DNA of 64,000 bases from contig OZ244239.1 of assembly GCA_965217115.1 (NCBI GenBank), positions 192,001 through 256,000 on the forward strand, in the 5' to 3' direction. The notes beneath the pieces are model-generated. The model did no database searches. It was not told the DNA's origin and saw only the letters and a program-made list of their open reading frames with translations. Below, one piece after another: positions 60,654-64,000 of this stretch (within the stretch, counting starts at the first letter, position 1; every line of letters begins with the position of its first letter). This DNA is from Bdellovibrionales bacterium (GTDB lineage Bacteria > Bdellovibrionota > Bdellovibrionia > Bdellovibrionales > CAYMLA01). A program made the position numbers and the translations under genes.

Positions 60654-60956
60654 CTAAGCGGCAATCTCCACGGTCATTTTGATTTTAGCCTTGCTTAATT
60701 GATCTTGTAGGCAGAGTTTCACTGCTAGTTTTTCAGAGAGCTTCGCTTTTTTAGCAATCCTCAATGCAAGCTTGGGACTGACTAATTGTCGACCCTTTTC
60801 TATATCGCAAACAACACTCTTGGAAACTCCAAGTTTTTTGGCCATATCCACTTGAGTTAAATCCAAGGCCGTTCGAGCTGATCTGAGGAAATCACCAAAA
60901 GACAACTCCCCTATTTCTCTCTTAAGCAAGTTTGATACTTTATTTTTAGTACTCAT
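60654..60956 (-). CDS. XRE-family HTH antitoxin
   Basis: LTQVDMAKKLGVSKSVVCDIEKGR. Confidence 0.85.
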   Translation of the reverse strand: MSTKNKVSNLLKREIGELSFGDFLRSARTALDLTQVDMAKKLGVSKSVVCDIEKGRQLVSPKLALRIAKKAKLSEKLAVKLCLQDQLSKAKIKMTVEIAA

Positions 60957-61138
60957 GTTTATTAACCTCCAATATCGTGACCATCGTTATTTTCTGCTGA
61001 TCGGTTTCCTTAAATAAGCCTATAGGCTCTATTTAATCTAACGGACCTCTGCCCCTTTCGATGACCCTTTAACGGTTCATCATGATAGGCAAGCTACTTT
61101 GAAAATCTCTTTGTGGCAGTAACTTCAACAGACTTCAT
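60946..61138 (-). pseudogene. Decayed RelE/HigB-like toxin
   Basis: Fragments MKSVEV.., YHDEP, KGHRKGQRSVRLNRAYRLI, LEVNKHEY* with frameshifts and an internal deletion; overlaps the antitoxin start. Confidence 0.75.
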
Positions 61139-61145
61139 CTATAAC

Positions 61146-61172
61146 AATGATACGGCAAAATACCGTATTATT
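61146..61172. promoter_or_regulatory. Palindromic TA operator
   Basis: AATGATACGG-N7-CCGTATTATT upstream of the toxin start. Confidence 0.6.
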
Positions 61173-61351
61173 CAAGAGCTTAAAAATTTTAAATATAACT
61201 CTCTAGAATCAGGCTATTTTCTCAGATATGTCATTATTTATAGTGAGTTTGCACTAAAGATATAGGCTCTTATTTAATTTCCTGTGCCGGAGAGAGTTGC
61301 CTCAAAAAAATCGATGAAAATCGGGGGGCGGGTTGTTACTCTTAATGACCA

Positions 61352-62899
61352 TCACTTGATACCTGATTTTTTTCGGATGATAAAAACCGCACAGAGTAGG
61401 GATAAGCCTATGAGTAAGAGTTTATAGAATAATTCTGAGTCTTTTTGTTTTTTTACTGATGACAGATCTCTTTTTCCTCTGGCAATAGCAGCAGGGCTCC
61501 TAGAGCTATCTGCAGATTTATTTAAAATACCTGCCACATTGCTACTTTCATCAAAAACAATTTTGATATTACTTTTAGAGAAATCACCTAACTTAACATA
61601 AGCTATCTCCCATGTATCCACTGGCGACGCTATCATAAGTTCAGCTGAATTTTTTTCCTGGGAATAACCCTCCTCTGATGGATAAGGGTCACCATATTCA
61701 CGGCCAATTCTCTCAAGGTCCTGGCTTAGTAGTTCTTTCTGCAAGGCTTTTATTTCAGAGGACGATTGATTCGTTTTCCAGCGTTCAAGCTGTTCTCTTC
61801 CTTGTTCAAGCAGTCGGGAATAAGTCCCTGCAATAGTGGACTTTCCCAAAGAACTGAGTTCTCTACCTTGTAACTTAATCGGAATGGCCGCTACTAACGA
61901 TTTGAAGTCTGTCCCAATATATAAACCTGATAGAGATTCATATATTTCTCCATAGGATTTATCTTTATTTTGTATTAGTCGGGATATAACAGTTTGTTGA
62001 TTACTCGGCACCCAAGTTTTTATATCACTTGTTGGAGGTGGTGGGTAGTGACTATAATGGAAATTATGAGAAATCGTTTTTCTTACGATTTCTATATATT
62101 CATTTTGATATAGATCATCAGGCTCTAAACTTCTATTAATTTCTACGCCTATATCCTGATCCTGAAACCCCAGCTTCCAAGTTCTACAATCAAAAGAGTC
62201 CTCATAGGAAAAAAATTGACCAGAGATGGGCTTGGTTAACCAACATTTTGGATTAGAACCCAGAGGAGTTAAGCTGTTGGAAGGAGGCTCTTGATCGTCT
62301 CTATTACCTTTATTATCTCCATTACTTCTATTACCTCTTCTCCCCCAATGCTTGTAATACAAAGACCCACTAGAGACAGAAAATACAATCCTACCACTGT
62401 CGTTCGGCATCCCATCTTTTAAAACTATAATAAAAGCTCCATACTTGCTCTCAAAAAAAGACTTCCATCCATATCGCTCCTCACCGGCTGCCGTAACATA
62501 CGCATATACATAATTATATTTTATCTCATTTCTACTATCACCTGTACTAGCCCTATCAAAAATAACGTCTTCACCATTACTTTGAAATTTAAAAGATAAA
62601 TTCCCTTTATAGAGCTGACCTCCTTGTTCAGTCCCCAAACCGGAGTCAGCTAAATCTAAACTTATCTTAATATTTTTGATATCAATGCTAGATAAAATAG
62701 GTTCTTCACTTAAATATAAATTTTTCCACTCATTAAACTGAGTTGTCTCTTCAGGAGAGAAGTCCATAGAAAAAAGGGCCTTCTCAGCTGACTGAGTAGG
62801 ATTATCACTGTTAACATCTCCGACATCACTGTTAAGATCTTCTACATCAACGCCTTCACAACCTAGAATAAATACAAATAATATGAGTATACGCTTCAT
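61352..62899 (-). CDS. Hypothetical lipoprotein with a C-terminal TM helix
   Basis: ILGC lipobox; C-terminal hydrophobic helix followed by RKK. Confidence 0.7.
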   Translation of the reverse strand: MKRILILFVFILGCEGVDVEDLNSDVGDVNSDNPTQSAEKALFSMDFSPEETTQFNEWKNLYLSEEPILSSIDIKNIKISLDLADSGLGTEQGGQLYKGNLSFKFQSNGEDVIFDRASTGDSRNEIKYNYVYAYVTAAGEERYGWKSFFESKYGAFIIVLKDGMPNDSGRIVFSVSSGSLYYKHWGRRGNRSNGDNKGNRDDQEPPSNSLTPLGSNPKCWLTKPISGQFFSYEDSFDCRTWKLGFQDQDIGVEINRSLEPDDLYQNEYIEIVRKTISHNFHYSHYPPPPTSDIKTWVPSNQQTVISRLIQNKDKSYGEIYESLSGLYIGTDFKSLVAAIPIKLQGRELSSLGKSTIAGTYSRLLEQGREQLERWKTNQSSSEIKALQKELLSQDLERIGREYGDPYPSEEGYSQEKNSAELMIASPVDTWEIAYVKLGDFSKSNIKIVFDESSNVAGILNKSADSSRSPAAIARGKRDLSSVKKQKDSELFYKLLLIGLSLLCAVFIIRKKSGIK

Positions 62900-63148
62900 A
62901 ACAAAAAGCTCCCCTCCTTTAAAAGAGACAGGTCATTCCCATTTATATTATAGCAACCAGAAGAACCCAGAACAAACCAGAGCAAAGCAGAACAGGCCAA
63001 AAGCCTCGCTTTCCCGGTGGTTTGTCATGAATTATATTTCCTAAATGCTTTATATCTCTGGAACTTCCAGGGATTTATGATAGACTGCCATGGCGCAAAG
63101 CTGCGGGTTGGATAAAAAAATACAGAGGCTCGTTAATAGGATCAATCT

Positions 63149-64000
63149 ATGCATGAATTTTCTCCACTCAGATCTCTTCCCGAAAAATCTCCCTACAGCT
63201 CTAAAGATGTTTTAGTTTTATTTGGTGAACTCTTCCCTGGGGGATACGCTAACGGGCTTGTTAATGGGGCGAAAAAACGTGGAATGAAAATCATCTACTC
63301 CACAGTCGGTCGCCGTGATAAGGACCCTAACAACGGTCAAAGCATTCTCCGCCCCTTAAATGCAGAGGAATTAGAGACATGCCCCCAACCCCTTATTAAT
63401 ATCCCCCTTGAGGCGGGTTGTGACATGGAGCCGAGTCTCTCTGGCCCCACTCCCATCGAGCAGATGGGAAAAGTCAAAATGAGTGACTGGCAGCAAGTGG
63501 AGCTTGATTGGCAGCAAATTGAACAATCCCGTGAAAGAGCCAATGAACGCTTTAAAAATAATACCGAGGCATTCTTCTCAGAGATAGAACCCCATATTGC
63601 TCCGGGAAGTCACGTCCTCTTTGCCCATCTTATGGCAGGAGGAGTCCCGAGGGCTAAGATTTCTATGCCTATTATGAATCGAGTTTTTAAGGGGCAAGGA
63701 GATCGGCATATTCCCTCCCAGGATTTCTATGAATCAGATCTAGGGAAGTTTAGTTTGTTCAACTTTAAGGAAGTGACTTCTGGAACCCTTAAACACCTAC
63801 TCACAGCCTCTAAAGAACTCAAAAATAAAATTGAATCCAACGGAGGCCATGTCAACTATGTTGCCTATGGTTACCATGGAACAGAAATTCTCGTAAAAGA
63901 GAAATTCACCTGGCAGACCTACACTCCCTACTTCCAAGGCTGGGCTAAGAGAGAATTAGAAGACATCGCCTATGATTTCTCTAGTAAGAGTGGAACTCAA
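63149..64000 (+). CDS. fabMG: Enoyl-ACP reductase FabMG family; 3'-truncated by the window edge, absent from the ORF track
   Basis: Manual translation: KDVLVLFGELFPGGYANGLV...STVGRRD...INIPLEAG.D...AHLMAGGVP...AYGYHGTE...WQTYTPY.QG.AK. Confidence 0.75.
   Translation, partial: MHEFSPLRSLPEKSPYSSKDVLVLFGELFPGGYANGLVNGAKKRGMKIIYSTVGRRDKDPNNGQSILRPLNAEELETCPQPLINIPLEAGCDMEPSLSGPTPIEQMGKVKMSDWQQVELDWQQIEQSRERANERFKNNTEAFFSEIEPHIAPGSHVLFAHLMAGGVPRAKISMPIMNRVFKGQGDRHIPSQDFYESDLGKFSLFNFKEVTSGTLKHLLTASKELKNKIESNGGHVNYVAYGYHGTEILVKEKFTWQTYTPYFQGWAKRELEDIAYDFSSKSGTQ

Noticed and set aside
63337..63543. 68-aa minus-strand ORF from the track
   Set aside because: It is antisense to the + strand fabMG-like gene that runs off the window end.
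1..64000. CRISPR array or integron cassette array
   Set aside because: No regularly spaced repeats with unique spacers, no cas or intI gene, and no recurring attC-like sites were seen.

Overview
Bacterial chromosomal window, most likely from a Bdellovibrionota (Oligoflexia/Bacteriovoracia-like) genome. This is an inference from the FabMG-type enoyl-ACP reductase, many orphan secreted proteins, and sigma28/sigma54-type promoters. Three zones are visible. (1) 1-18205 is an AT-rich accessory region on the 3' side of tRNA-Ala(GGC). It holds an uncharacterised GNAT-like/ferritin-like/LbH-acyltransferase/GH3 operon, a tandem duplication of a rapidly diverged secreted-protein gene, a spondin-domain gene, nested MITE-like repeats, ogt and alkD, and a RelE/HigA-type toxin-antitoxin pair. 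It also holds IS3, FRG, ankyrin and large-serine-recombinase remnants and a full-length degenerate copy of the tRNA-Ala that probably marks an island end. (2) About 18.3-60 kb is mostly core and transport genes: iscS-thiI, a TonB-dependent receptor with a Vibrio-TonB2-like ttp/exb/tonB operon, CBS, a metalloprotease, apaG, rel-rpoZ-gmk-yicC-miaA-mutL, nrnA, fbpABC, gloB, an MscS channel and a second TonB-dependent receptor. (3) tRNA-Cys is followed by decayed toxin-antitoxin modules (toxins lost, antitoxins kept), an orphan lipoprotein and a truncated fabMG. No CRISPR array, rRNA or intact transposase/integrase was seen. All calls come from visual motif recognition; no searches were run.
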